Origin: Candidatus Latescibacterota bacterium
Lineage (GTDB): Bacteria > Latescibacterota > UBA2968 > GCA-2709665
NCBI GenBank assembly: GCA_965237675.1
Contig: OZ250150.1
Span: forward strand, 4,640,001 to 4,704,000
DNA: 64,000 nt
Reading direction: 5' to 3'
The notes beneath the pieces were generated by a model, which saw only the letters and a list, made by a program, of their open reading frames with translations, had not been told where the DNA came from and did not search any database. Within the stretch, counting starts at the first letter, position 1, and the number at the start of each line of letters is the position of its first letter. Shown piece after piece: positions 20,087 to 30,419 of the stretch. A program made the translations under genes and the position numbers.

Positions 20087-21475
20087 CTAGTCCGCTATCG
20101 CCCTCAGATATTCTTCTGAGAGTAGCTGGCTGATTCTGATTTTGCCTGAGTCGTCAACGATTTGAAGATAGACTTCCCGCTTGCCTTTTTCTCCAACAAA
20201 TCGTAGCAGTCCGAAGTTGTAGTCATTGACGTATGGCGCGGCCGATTGAGGACCTCCGCCCCGGTTGCTACTGCCGTCGGGCGTGGGGTCCGGGTTGCGT
20301 CGTCGGACGGCCAGATTGGAACTCATGAGTTCATAAAGTGGATAATCAAACCCCGGGCGGTCCAGGCGATGGAGTACACCCGAGTGCCAATCCCCGGCGA
20401 GAAAAAAGACACCGGTGATGTTTTCGGCAAAGAGCCACGAAAAAAACTCATTACATTCGTCGCCAAAATTCGCCCATGTCTCTCCGGTTTCATCAACCAC
20501 TGCCGTGCCGCCGGAAGCGATCACCTTGAAGGTGGCCGTGCTGCTTTTCAGTTTGGCCTTGAGCCATTCGAGTTGGCCTTCTCCAAACATCGTGGTTCTA
20601 TCCTCCGCTTCGTTTGGATCCCTGTGAGAGCGGTTGTCGAGCATGAAGAATTCAACGTCTGCTATCCGGAACCGGTGGAAGACGCCAGGCACTCCTGCGG
20701 ACTCGGCGTATGGGTTCGGCCAGTAACGGCGGAACGTCTCGATTGCGAGATCTCGCCACTTGAATGTCCGGTCGGAATTGTTCGGTCCGAAGTCATGGTC
20801 GTCCCAGATGCCGTAGCTGGGTGTTGTGGCGACGATGTCTCTGAGCCCGGGGATCTGCCGGAATCTGCGATGGTAAAGGGACATGATCTCTCTGACGCTG
20901 GCTTCGGGGAGATCATATCCTTCCGCCTTGCCCGGCATGTAATTGTTGTCGCCGATAAACAGAAAGGCGGCCGGGCGGAACCTCGCAACCTGTGACCAGA
21001 TCGATTGCACAGGCACTCTCGCAGGTAGATTGCACGATCCAAAGGCGACCGTGAATTCAGTGATTCGTTCGGGTTCTGCTTCGGAGATCGATTCGGGCGG
21101 CATGAGTGGAAACACCTGAGCCGTCCGGGGGGCGACTATCGAGCCGTCAACGTATACATCGTAATAAATCAGACGCCCGGGGGGAAGGTCCGTGAGTGCG
21201 ATTACACAGGTGTACGGCAACGTCGATTCGGTTCTTCCTTCGGATGAACCTCGGGTCATCGGTTCTCTGAAAGTCCGGTGAAACATGATCCGGGGCTCTA
21301 CCCAGTAGTCGATACGTACCGTTGCGGGTGTGTCCGTCTCAACCCAGATCCTGGCCGTCGTCGTCGTGGTGTGGCCAACAAGCGGCCCCGCAATGAGTTT
21401 CGCGGCTTCCGCCGGTGCCGAAGTGATCACACATATAAGTGCCGGGATCAGGACTGTTCGAAATTGAAACTGCAT
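20087..21475 (-). CDS. phoD: alkaline phosphatase D family protein
   Basis: FGSC, FIGDNNY, IWDDHDF, LDNRSHRD, GDWH; signal-peptide-like N-terminus; GGAGG RBS before ATG 21475. Confidence 0.9.
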   Translation of the reverse strand: MQFQFRTVLIPALICVITSAPAEAAKLIAGPLVGHTTTTTARIWVETDTPATVRIDYWVEPRIMFHRTFREPMTRGSSEGRTESTLPYTCVIALTDLPPGRLIYYDVYVDGSIVAPRTAQVFPLMPPESISEAEPERITEFTVAFGSCNLPARVPVQSIWSQVARFRPAAFLFIGDNNYMPGKAEGYDLPEASVREIMSLYHRRFRQIPGLRDIVATTPSYGIWDDHDFGPNNSDRTFKWRDLAIETFRRYWPNPYAESAGVPGVFHRFRIADVEFFMLDNRSHRDPNEAEDRTTMFGEGQLEWLKAKLKSSTATFKVIASGGTAVVDETGETWANFGDECNEFFSWLFAENITGVFFLAGDWHSGVLHRLDRPGFDYPLYELMSSNLAVRRRNPDPTPDGSSNRGGGPQSAAPYVNDYNFGLLRFVGEKGKREVYLQIVDDSGKIRISQLLSEEYLRAIAD

Positions 21476-21547
21476 TGATTCCTCCTTCTTCGGAAGTGAC
21501 TTTCCCACACGAATCATCTCCTCTGAAAAGTCATTTGCTCGCACAAT

Positions 21548-22471
21548 TCAACTGTCACGATATGAGTTTAACACGGCGTCCCAGGCCAGTTCAGAAGCTA
21601 TAAATCCTATATCAAGCTCATCCAGGGTTTTTGTCTTAACTTCGTTGGTGGTAATGGCATACAGGATATCACCGTCATATTGGGTGTGAAAGGGCTGAAT
21701 GGCCTGCGCCATGGAGCTATGAACCTGTTTAGCCAATTGATGGAGAGATCCCGCGTCCAATTGGCGGTTGGTAACGACCAGTGTCAAGGTTGTGTTTTCG
21801 TGAGAAGGTTTGCTCTTTGTCGACTTACCGGATCTATGTTCGACCCGATCCCGTATATGAAGGCGGTTTCCTGTATTTGGATCTCGATTCCCTCTGACTA
21901 CCTGCCCTTGACGATCAACAACAGCGCCGAGCGCATTCACAACGGTAAATACAGCAATCCTGGTACGTCCGACTTGTCGAAAGGCAGCACCCTGTCCGGA
22001 TGATTCTCTAACACCCAGCCCGGATCCTCCACCAACGTTAGCCGAACGACCGGCTCCCCGTACACCGAGAGGAAAGACGCCGGTACGTGCTACGCTCAGA
22101 GCAGTACGGCCCAATTGCATATCCGGATAAATGGCATTATTCCTCCCTCCCCAATCCCAGATAATGGCTCCGGATACGAGGGGAATATTCTCCCAGTTTA
22201 TGGAATAATTCTGAAGAGCGAGAAGTTCAGCGCGCACACCGAGAGCTGCTTCAAGACCGCACAGAGAGCCGCCAGCAAAGCAAATCGCGTGATACCAGCC
22301 ATAGCCAGTCTCGATGGCTCCAACGCTACCCCCTCGAATATCGACAGCCGTGGAGACTCCTTTTGGGAAATGGAAGACAGTACAACCAGTTGGACCTTCT
22401 TCATACTCAGCGATACCTACCTTCATTTCCGGAAAGTTGAATTCAAGGGTTGGACCGTCAAATGTAGTCAT
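21548..22471 (-). CDS. P1/S58 family peptidase (DmpA-like)
   Basis: GPTGCTV, VNALG, ENTTL, PFHTQYDGD. Confidence 0.88.
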   Translation of the reverse strand: MTTFDGPTLEFNFPEMKVGIAEYEEGPTGCTVFHFPKGVSTAVDIRGGSVGAIETGYGWYHAICFAGGSLCGLEAALGVRAELLALQNYSINWENIPLVSGAIIWDWGGRNNAIYPDMQLGRTALSVARTGVFPLGVRGAGRSANVGGGSGLGVRESSGQGAAFRQVGRTRIAVFTVVNALGAVVDRQGQVVRGNRDPNTGNRLHIRDRVEHRSGKSTKSKPSHENTTLTLVVTNRQLDAGSLHQLAKQVHSSMAQAIQPFHTQYDGDILYAITTNEVKTKTLDELDIGFIASELAWDAVLNSYRDS

Positions 22472-22476
22472 CGGAG

Positions 22477-22845
22477 TTAATTATACGTTATCGTGAGAAA
22501 CCTGTTTCCTTCGCTTAGCCATTGCTCTAACCTGTCAGGAAGGAGATGCTGTCTAGAGTTGCGGCTGATTCCGTACCGGGAAACGCGTGCCGCTGTGGTC
22601 ACTATGCGCTCGGACTCTTTGATCGCATTTTTATTTATACGAGTAAACGCCGCAGCATTGTAGACGAAAGTTTCTTCGTAAGCCGTCGGTCCATTCAGAT
22701 TCTTCAGTTCTTTCGCCGCTCCCCTTTCGAGAAGGTACTCCAGGACGTCAACATGGCCCTTCCAGGCAGCGCAATTGAGCGCCGTTGAACCGTCTTTGTC
22801 TTTTCCGGTCAGAAAATCTGCATGGCCATCGTCTTTGACCTTCAC
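22477..22845 (-). pseudogene. ankyrin-repeat fragment
   Basis: One repeat, GSTALNCAAWKGHVDVLEYLLERGA, in otherwise poorly conserved sequence. Confidence 0.55.
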
Positions 22846-23399
22846 GCGCGTTGGGTCCGTTTCAAATCAAGAGCGAATCGGTATAGTTCCCCGAAGTCCG
22901 TCGACTCCGGGCCGAATAGCTCTGCCGGCTGTCTGAAATGGACAGCCCGAACTTCCACAATCCTGCTGTTCGGATCCGGATCGGCTCTGTCCTCGATTTT
23001 TCCAACTACCTTCGCCCACGATACGACTCGTACATGCTCCGGGTGCGGAAAGTGGGGCAACCTGGGGCGGTCGTTTCGGGAAACGCAGTGATACATCCCG
23101 ATCGGATGATGTTTCCCCAGGATGCTCCCGGTTTCCTCCAGCAGCTCACGACGACCGGCCTCGCCCCAATTCTCGCCGTGTTCGAGGGTGCCTCCCGGCA
23201 TGACCCATTTCCCGTTGGCCCGCCTGGTCACGAGACATTGACTGTCCGAGACAAAGGGAATGATATAGGATGCGCCGCAAATAGTCGAAGCCAGTTCGTT
23301 TTCGAATCTGCGGAAGTGGACACCGGGACGTAGCTGCTCCTGCTCCTCGCTCAGGACAGGGTATTTAGCGATGATCGTGTCGAAGTGCGTACGGTCCAT
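22842..23399 (-). CDS. NUDIX hydrolase
   Basis: Nudix box GGTLEHGENWGEAGRRELLEETG. Confidence 0.9.
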   Translation of the reverse strand: MDRTHFDTIIAKYPVLSEEQEQLRPGVHFRRFENELASTICGASYIIPFVSDSQCLVTRRANGKWVMPGGTLEHGENWGEAGRRELLEETGSILGKHHPIGMYHCVSRNDRPRLPHFPHPEHVRVVSWAKVVGKIEDRADPDPNSRIVEVRAVHFRQPAELFGPESTDFGELYRFALDLKRTQRA

Positions 23400-23474
23400 A
23401 TTCGCGCCACATCCGTATTTTCGGCGTCGCAGCCGCCGCAACGCCTGTCGAGCGGATCTATCCCAATTTTTCTT

Positions 23475-24395
23475 TCACAGGACCTCCATAACCCGTTCAA
23501 ACCTGCCGTGAATTTCTCCTGTCTTTGCAAGTTCGAGACTTTCCTCCGCCCAGGTTGGAAATCTGGGCCGACGGAAGGCTTCAACGAGAGCACAGAGAGG
23601 AGCCATCAAATCGTCCAGGACCTTCTCACCGGGATCGGTCTCGCCGTATGCAGACCGGAATGCATCCGCAGCAACCGGGCCAAGAGAGCCCGATACGTTT
23701 CTGCAATCCGAATACCGCAATCCCAACCCCAGAAGATGATAGTCAAACACGACGGCCCTGATCGGCTTAACGTTCCGAGACAATGCCAGATTGGTCCAAT
23801 GAAAATCATTGTAAGTTAACGTCTCATCGGAAGTTATCGCGGCATTCCTGATTCTGTCGATATTGTCGGCGAGAGTCACCCACCTGGACTGATATTGGCC
23901 GCGGACCCTCGACGCCACTTCCAGGATCGAAGCGGGCGTAATTCCGTCGATCTCACGCCGAAAGGATGAAAGCCCGTGCTGACGGGTCCAATCCCTCCAG
24001 TCTGCACCGTGGAGTGCGTGATACCAACCGGCTAGAGCGACGCCAACTTCAGCATTCTTGATATCCTCCTCACTGGCAAGCCTGAGATGTTCGCTGACGT
24101 CAAGATCCTCAAGCAGAAGTGCATCATTCGTACTCGAAATGACGCGGAGGGTGGGAACACCAAGATCCTTGAGCATCGCATAGGCCCCGACTTCCCTCAA
24201 GGCATCCGGATCTACGAATACTTTCAGTATGTACGAAGAACCATCTAACGCGATCCGGAAAACGTTGCCACTATGTTTCTTCCGGATTGGCTCGACCTTT
24301 TCCAGATGTGGTTTATAAAAACCCATTTTTGCCAGGGTATCGCACACATCGTCGGCGAATTCCGTCACGCCATCTCCCGCAGGATTGATTGCCAT
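23475..24395 (-). CDS. APH / choline-kinase-like phosphotransferase
   Basis: YILKVF, LLLEDL, YNDFHWTN catalytic loop, VFDY. Confidence 0.85.
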   Translation of the reverse strand: MAINPAGDGVTEFADDVCDTLAKMGFYKPHLEKVEPIRKKHSGNVFRIALDGSSYILKVFVDPDALREVGAYAMLKDLGVPTLRVISSTNDALLLEDLDVSEHLRLASEEDIKNAEVGVALAGWYHALHGADWRDWTRQHGLSSFRREIDGITPASILEVASRVRGQYQSRWVTLADNIDRIRNAAITSDETLTYNDFHWTNLALSRNVKPIRAVVFDYHLLGLGLRYSDCRNVSGSLGPVAADAFRSAYGETDPGEKVLDDLMAPLCALVEAFRRPRFPTWAEESLELAKTGEIHGRFERVMEVL

Positions 24396-24508
24396 TTCAA
24401 ATATCTGCTCAGAAGTGGATCAATTTCGCGAACCTATTCACCGGGGTAGCGTAAATCGTGGTGTTGGATGGTGTTGGTCGACTCAGTTTTGTCAGAATTC
24501 CCTGAGCA

Positions 24509-24652
24509 TCAGATATACCCATAATCGCTAAACCCGTGTTTTTCCCAGAAATCTGCACTCTCCTCAGTTACAGTCACACTTAGTGAAGGAGCGCCACGAC
24601 CTCCGGCATCGAGAATGGTCTCTCCAATATCGAACAGCAGAACCGAAATCAT
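24509..24652 (-). pseudogene. 47-aa chimeric relic: HAD motif I joined to a GNAT-like C-terminus
   Basis: Manual translation MISVLLFDIGETILDAGGRGAPSLSVTVTEESADFWEKHGFSDYGYI. Confidence 0.5.
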
Positions 24653-24690
24653 GGGAATCTCACCCTGGTTTATCGAAAATGCGTTACGAC

Positions 24691-24846
24691 GCGCAACGTG
24701 TCCGCGGGCTGCGAACCTGGCGCAATTTCAGTGAACGATACGCCGGTCGCCGAACCCCGAGCTGAGCCGCTGAGCCTTGCCCTGAGCTTTTACAGTGAGC
24801 CTGCGGTCCCTGAGCTTGTCGAAGGGTCGAAGGGCTGTCGAAAGGT
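24691..24846 (-). repeat. two adjacent attC-like half sites plus nested REP cluster
   Basis: GCGCAAC-N6-GCGGGCTGCGAACCTGG (also at 55481), AGTGAAC-N6-CCGGTCGCCGAA, then CTGAGC/TCGAAGGG cluster at 24755-24846. Confidence 0.7.
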
Positions 24847-24848
24847 TA

Positions 24849-25262
24849 TCATAGCCGTTGCTGTTGCTTGAGTTCGGGGACGATGTACTTCCGCAAGATA
24901 GGATTCAGTGGATATTTCCCCGATTCGAGATCCTCCATAGATGCCCAGGCGATCTTGAGCACCTCGTCCTGGTCCGGAACAGGTTCTCCCTCAAAACCTG
25001 CTACGTATGCTCGAACTCTAACCCTGTACCTCTCACCGGTCTTCGAAGGGTAGGCCAGACGCTCGTATTCGCCGAAGAATTCAGGATCCGTGGGGGTAAT
25101 GTTGAGCTCTTCCATCAGTTCTCTCCGCAACGAATCCAGATCCGACTCACCGTCCTCGAGCTTTCCGCCAGGCAAGAGGTAATCCTCGATGCCATCGCAC
25201 TTCACCAGCAAGAGGCCATCCTGCGTAATCAGAATCCCCGAGATGCGAACGATCGTCTTCAT
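24849..25262 (-). CDS. NUDIX hydrolase (MutT-like)
   Basis: GGKLEDGESDLDSLRRELMEEL. Confidence 0.9.
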   Translation of the reverse strand: MKTIVRISGILITQDGLLLVKCDGIEDYLLPGGKLEDGESDLDSLRRELMEELNITPTDPEFFGEYERLAYPSKTGERYRVRVRAYVAGFEGEPVPDQDEVLKIAWASMEDLESGKYPLNPILRKYIVPELKQQQRL

Positions 25263-25286
25263 TCTTTCCTTAACCAGGTTTAGCAC

Positions 25287-26111
25287 TCAAATCAGGCCGC
25301 TCTTTTTGAACAGAAACAGGGCTTCGACGGTAAAACTCGCCCGGTGTATCTCTCCATGACCGGTGATCCAGCCCCCGTCCTCCTGTTGATCGCTCTTCAC
25401 CCTGGCCAATGCCAATTCAAAGAGGTCTTCCGCAACGTCACCGGCAAGATGGCTGGCGTGCGCGATGGAGATGATGTCTCCCGGGTCCGCTTTGCCCTTT
25501 TCTACTGCCTCATACAGTATCTTCTTGCAGCCTTTGACAATCTGCTCATCTGTCCCACTGCCGGACCCCTGTAGACGAAACAGAGGCATTGCCATCCAAT
25601 GCGTGTGCGTGTAGTCCGGAAATCTCTCGCCACTCCACCCCCGCCGGACAAATTCCAGTGCCTTTGTAAAATTCACCTGTTGCTCCCGGCCCGATTCCTC
25701 CAATTTGCAGCATAGTGCAGAGGTCAACCACACCTGGTTCTCGTAGCGGCCGGGCAACATCCAAAAAGGTGGGTTGAAACTGACAATCTCTTCCGGCTCA
25801 TCCCAGCATCCATCATCACGCTGGGTCCTTCGAAGAAAGTCCAGCGTGTTCAGAAGCACAGCGCTTTTACGATCTCCAACCCAGTTCAACCATTGCAGCG
25901 CGACAAATGTTGCGGTGATGATAGACAAATCTCCCTGAAAATCCTTGTCGGTTCCGGTCCAGCCACCATCCTGTCTCTGATTGACCCTGAGAGCTTCGAT
26001 TGCCTCCTCACGACTGCAATCGCCAGTTGCATATCTGGCTAAACCTGAAAGAACGGGATCATTCGAGTTGAGAACGAAAGTCACCGCTCTGTCCGGATCA
26101 ACGGTGCTCAT
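25287..26111 (-). CDS. prenyltransferase/squalene-cyclase repeat (QW motif) protein
   Basis: QRQDGGW, QRDDGCW, QQEDGGW. Confidence 0.8.
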   Translation of the reverse strand: MSTVDPDRAVTFVLNSNDPVLSGLARYATGDCSREEAIEALRVNQRQDGGWTGTDKDFQGDLSIITATFVALQWLNWVGDRKSAVLLNTLDFLRRTQRDDGCWDEPEEIVSFNPPFWMLPGRYENQVWLTSALCCKLEESGREQQVNFTKALEFVRRGWSGERFPDYTHTHWMAMPLFRLQGSGSGTDEQIVKGCKKILYEAVEKGKADPGDIISIAHASHLAGDVAEDLFELALARVKSDQQEDGGWITGHGEIHRASFTVEALFLFKKSGLI

Positions 26112-26230
26112 TATTCCTTCCTCCAACTGTCATTTGAACCGGATCGCGGCTGGTCGAGTACGACGCAAATCTACTCTGCGACAGGATAAGATGGGCGCGT
26201 CGGCCATTGACAGACAATTGAATACCCTGG

Positions 26231-27509
26231 CTATTTCAAGAGTTCCTCACAACCCCAATCCACGTAGGCTTCGATTGCGAATCTCATCGAAATCACTCTT
26301 TTCCAGATCAGCGGACAAAAGATGCACGAAATGATCGAAAGACGGAAATCGTATTCGAATTCGTCACGAGAATAGCCACTGATTTCGCCAATAATCAGCC
26401 CATCGTAATACTGGTTCATCAGTTCGCTCTCAATTTGGCGTCGCCCGCTCGTTCCATGAACCAGCATATAGGCAAGATCATAGGCGCCGATGCCCCGCTT
26501 ATACGTCTCCCAGTCAAACAGGATGAGCCTATCGGTCGCAGTATTCTTCGGGTAGAAGAGATTCCACACATGGGCGTCGCCGTGTAGAAGCGTGATATTC
26601 TGACCGCTTGAAACGCGCGCTAAAAACACCTCGGGATATTCCGCGATCACCCGTTCTGCTGTCTCGATCCAGGAAGGCTGCAGTTCGTCACCAGCCTCTT
26701 TTACGAATTCCTCAAGCGCAGGTTCGAACGCGCGGCAATTCGCATGAACGTCCTCTTTCGCAATAGCCTGCGCCATCCTTAGCGGACCGCCGTGTCGGAC
26801 GTAAAAGGGCCATGTTTCCAGCCGTGGATGGTTCCATCACTGAACGTGGTATTTGAGCAATTCTGCGACGACCTGCTCGTGGGGGCGGTCCTTCGCGTCC
26901 ATGGGCGGTTCGGTGTGTGTCCTGGAAAGGTCTGCTATTAACCTCAATTCGAAAAAAGACAACAGTCAAATTGGCCACAAAAAGCACAAAAGGCACAGAA
27001 AGTACCGGTGCAAAACGGGGTATTGAGGTCGTCCGGAAGGACATTTTTCCGTTCACGTCCAGTGACTTGGTGTATCCTGGTAATCCGCCGTCTAATCGCC
27101 TTTATTAACTAGCACATATTCGAATTAACGTCCACGAAAACTTACGAATCAAGGTTAACAGGTGGCATATCTGGTCTGTGCGATCGATCCCGCCATCATA
27201 GACGGGGAAGACATGCGCCCCGGGTGTATTTGGTGCAAGTTCATTGTAAAAAGCCCACTCGAACACGCCGCCCCCGAACCATCCTTTTCTGAAAACCTTC
27301 AGGACTATTGCGTCTGATACATCGCCATCGTAATCATCACTGAATTCAACGGCGAGCCGATCCCACTTGGCCGCGGAAGTTTCAAAGGAATCTGTCTTTT
27401 CGACCGATATGACCCGTCCGGATCGCATGAACCCGTTCCGAATCAATCTTTCGGTCAGTTCTGCTGGAGTGATTTGCTTCGCTTCGGTGATTGGATCGGA
27501 TAGCTCCAT
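26231..27509 (-). pseudogene. phosphotransferase (EcKinase/APH-like) split by a MITE and a nonsense codon
   Basis: Removing 26942-27154 plus one TTAA restores ICHL-LIADLSRTH in frame with LLHGDAHVWN and LFDWE; in-frame TGA at 26837-26839. Confidence 0.85.
26942..27154. mobile_element. 213-bp MITE with TTAA target duplication
   Basis: TTAA at 26938-26941 and 27155-27158; terminal inverted repeats CCTCAATTCG / CGAATCAAGG (8 of 10). Confidence 0.85.
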
Positions 27510-27681
27510 CGGTGAGTCGCCTCATAGTTCCATTTGATTTGGCTCGATCTATACACGAAACACACGGTGACCGCTGGCGGCCCCACCGTTGCGAAGCCCA
27601 TTTCGGGCAGGCATCAAGCGAGCTTACTAAAACCCCGCTGCTATATGCTGGCAGCCGGCGAATGGGATGAGATCCGGTCAT

Positions 27682-28089
27682 TCAACCTGGCTTAACCTGA
27701 CCAATTGTCGCTATGATCGATCGCAAATCCGGGTCGGAAAACCGATCTGACTTCAACACCTTGCCGTCCGTCCTGAATATCGGCGTACCCTGCTCATCCA
27801 GCTTGCTCATGTTGCTTCGGTGGACTTCATCAAAGAGCTCTTCGGCAATATCCTGCAGCCCATGAGCGATGAACGTACCCAGCAGTACGTAAAGCATGTC
27901 TGTAAGGGCGTCTGCGATCTCGACGATGTCGTGGTTATTCACGGCATCCCGATACTCCTCCAGCTCCTCCAGAAACATCCGGATACGCCCTTCGGTCACC
28001 TCCGCAGGCACCGTTGCTGTAGGCGTGCGCTCCATGTATGCCTGGAACACGTCGTGAAAACATCTCACGCTATCCAGCTGAATTTTCAT
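27682..28089 (-). CDS. MazG-like NTP pyrophosphohydrolase (PRA-PH family)
   Basis: EELEEY, DALTDMLYVLLG, EVHRSNMSK. Confidence 0.9.
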   Translation of the reverse strand: MKIQLDSVRCFHDVFQAYMERTPTATVPAEVTEGRIRMFLEELEEYRDAVNNHDIVEIADALTDMLYVLLGTFIAHGLQDIAEELFDEVHRSNMSKLDEQGTPIFRTDGKVLKSDRFSDPDLRSIIATIGQVKPG

Positions 28090-28214
28090 TTGGCATCTCC
28101 TGACAGCTCTATCTGATTCCTTCAAAGAGTTTCTTGGGAAAGAAACCGTCGAGTATTCCATTGGCCTCAACGATCACCCGGAGAGGCGCGTCGACGCATG
28201 AGCTACCGCTCCCT

Positions 28215-28922
28215 TCAACTGGCAAGACGGGGTAGCACCTCTTCCGCCTTCCCACCCACATACAGGTCCTCCTCGTGCAGAAACTCCGGCCGATCAGGAG
28301 AGATCGCGGCGACTTTCATACCATTGTCACGCGAATAACTGATCAGACCGTGTTCGTCTCTTCCAAGCCCGATCGCCAGGAGATCGTCCCCCTCCTTGAA
28401 CCACTCCCATCCTCTCGCACCCGGTTTGAAGTCATCCGGATTCTTCATGTGGACGTTCACAGATCCCGCCCTCTCGTGGAGCTTGTCTCCATTCCCTGTG
28501 ATAACGCGGCGAACGCAGCCTCTCTTCTCCAGGTCCGCCAGAGATCGGTGCGCGCCATTGGGTTCCGCCTGGAGGAAGGCGGCTTGAAATCTCGCCAGAA
28601 TCCTTGCGAGTTCCCGGGGCTTTTCGATCATGAAGCCCGCGACGGCGCCGGGAAACGGTTCATGCAGCGGGAAGTGGCGCTCCAGACCCTCCGGACCTCT
28701 GAAGCTCGGGATGCCGCTCCCTGTCGAAATTCCAGCGCCCGTAAGGGCGATCACCGGGTCCTGATACACGAGTGACTGCAGTTCCGAAACCGTAATGCGT
28801 CTTGCCGCTTCCGGACACGCCTTTGTGCTGACCGGATAGTACTCGTTTCTCGCGGCAAACGGATCTTCCGGTTCCTCCCCCTTCAGCTCGAATCGACTGA
28901 AGTGGGCTTCTTTCAGGTCCAT
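28215..28922 (-). CDS. compact Sir2/sirtuin-family protein
   Basis: ALTGAGISTGSGIPSFRG, PNGAH, ITGNGDKLHERAG; no Zn-ribbon cysteines. Confidence 0.85.
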   Translation of the reverse strand: MDLKEAHFSRFELKGEEPEDPFAARNEYYPVSTKACPEAARRITVSELQSLVYQDPVIALTGAGISTGSGIPSFRGPEGLERHFPLHEPFPGAVAGFMIEKPRELARILARFQAAFLQAEPNGAHRSLADLEKRGCVRRVITGNGDKLHERAGSVNVHMKNPDDFKPGARGWEWFKEGDDLLAIGLGRDEHGLISYSRDNGMKVAAISPDRPEFLHEEDLYVGGKAEEVLPRLAS

Positions 28923-28985
28923 TGAGTCCCCGTAGGTGAGTATAAGGTGACTCGCCCTGGTTCCGTGTTCGGTCTCGGCAGAGAG

Positions 28986-29273
28986 TCATTCAATTCCGAA
29001 ATCGGCAGTTCCGGAACCGGACGCTGTCGATCCGGAACGCAACTTCCGTCCAAGGTGTTCGACCTCGTCATCCAGCCCATCTCTCTCATGTTTTCTCGAG
29101 CAAGCCACGCATAGATCGAGTAAATCGACGCTTCCCGCTTCGTCCACCCTGAGTCGTCCGTAGAATCCGAAGGTCCTCCGCCGGCCCAGAAAGGTCCAGT
29201 CGAAGTTTGTAAAGCTCCCCCGGATCAACCTGTAGGATTCAAGCTGCGAATGTGTGAGATTGACGACAAACAT
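28986..29273 (-). CDS. hypothetical protein or relic
   Basis: ATG-started 95-aa ORF in array orientation; no motif recognised. Confidence 0.35.
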   Translation of the reverse strand: MFVVNLTHSQLESYRLIRGSFTNFDWTFLGRRRTFGFYGRLRVDEAGSVDLLDLCVACSRKHERDGLDDEVEHLGRKLRSGSTASGSGTADFGIE

Positions 29274-29561
29274 AATTCAAAACACGTCTACACAGCGGCT
29301 GCTCACGTCCATGTATCTACGACGGCCTCCGTCCCGAAGGGCTGGCGCGGCATTTGCGTTTCTTGGCAAATGACGTGACAGAGGAGGCTGTGGCCAAAGG
29401 CCCGAGGGAGCGAAGCGACCGAAGCGTAGACACGGTGTTACAGGCTGGCAGCGGGCCCCTTTCAGGGCGAAGCCGTCAGAGAGGCAACCACGGAGAACAC
29501 GCGTAGGTGATCGTTTCCCTCTTCATGGTTTATAGAGTATTGCCCAACGCTTATTTCTGTC

Positions 29562-30224
29562 TCAATGGTAGTGCCGAACCTTCGGGTCTCTGTAGCGAAC
29601 GACGGTGTTGTTTCCCCAGGTGGCGAGCGCGATGCCTCCGCGGCGCCGAAAATCATGTGTGAGACGGTTGACCAGTTGACCGTCGATGTAGGTGTGGATG
29701 GACTCTCCTCGTACGGCGATGACGATGTCGTATTCGCGTCCGTGCTCGAACGGATAGTTCACGACGTCGAGCTTCGTGACGCCCGGCACGCCGCCCACCT
29801 TCTTGGTGACTGAGATCGCCTTCCACCCCGTGAGGAAGTCGAGGAAGTAGTAGTCTCTCCCGTCGGAAGACCTCCGGAACTGAATCTGCAGGTTTGAGCC
29901 CTTCTCGAACGTGGCGGCAACCTTCAGTTCGAAGTTCGCCCACGTAGTGTCGCCCTGTGACAGACTGGTGTGGCGGCTTTCGTCTGAGCTGACCACAATC
30001 GTGTCTCCCTGGCGTGACCAGGCTCCCCCTTCACCAGCCGTCCAACCGTCGAGTCCGTCGCCGTGCAGCAGCGACTCCCATTCGATATGGCCGCGCATGC
30101 CGCCAATGTGTGCGCGGCTGTAGTCGTTCTCTGTGGCGGGATCCTCGGCAGCGGTCGAAAGTGATACAAACAGCGACACTATAAGTAGAACGCCCACATA
30201 GACGGTTTTGGCGGCTTGATACAT
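29562..30224 (-). CDS. DUF1080 (3-keto-glycoside hydrolase-like) secreted protein
   Basis: Signal-peptide-like start, WESLLHGDGLDGW, NFELKV, GGIAL...V.YRD.KVR. Confidence 0.8.
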   Translation of the reverse strand: MYQAAKTVYVGVLLIVSLFVSLSTAAEDPATENDYSRAHIGGMRGHIEWESLLHGDGLDGWTAGEGGAWSRQGDTIVVSSDESRHTSLSQGDTTWANFELKVAATFEKGSNLQIQFRRSSDGRDYYFLDFLTGWKAISVTKKVGGVPGVTKLDVVNYPFEHGREYDIVIAVRGESIHTYIDGQLVNRLTHDFRRRGGIALATWGNNTVVRYRDPKVRHYH

Positions 30225-30348
30225 TGGGCTCTCCTTGCTGGTTGCGGGGTCTGTGATCGACTCGAAACCGCGGCGTAGCTGTGTTGTTGTCCCTATTCGA
30301 TGACATGGACCGTCCCATTAGTGTTGGTCGATTGTCTGCGCCGCTGGC

Positions 30349-30419
30349 CTGTAACTACGGCATCAGCAAACAGATTCGGTGATACGGAACAGATCTGAGG
30401 ATTCCCGAACGTGTTAGGG
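30349..30419 (-). repeat. attC-like site containing repeat family B, copy 2
   Basis: CTGTAAC ... GTTAGGG, 71 bp; interior closely matches 33968-34023. Confidence 0.6.
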
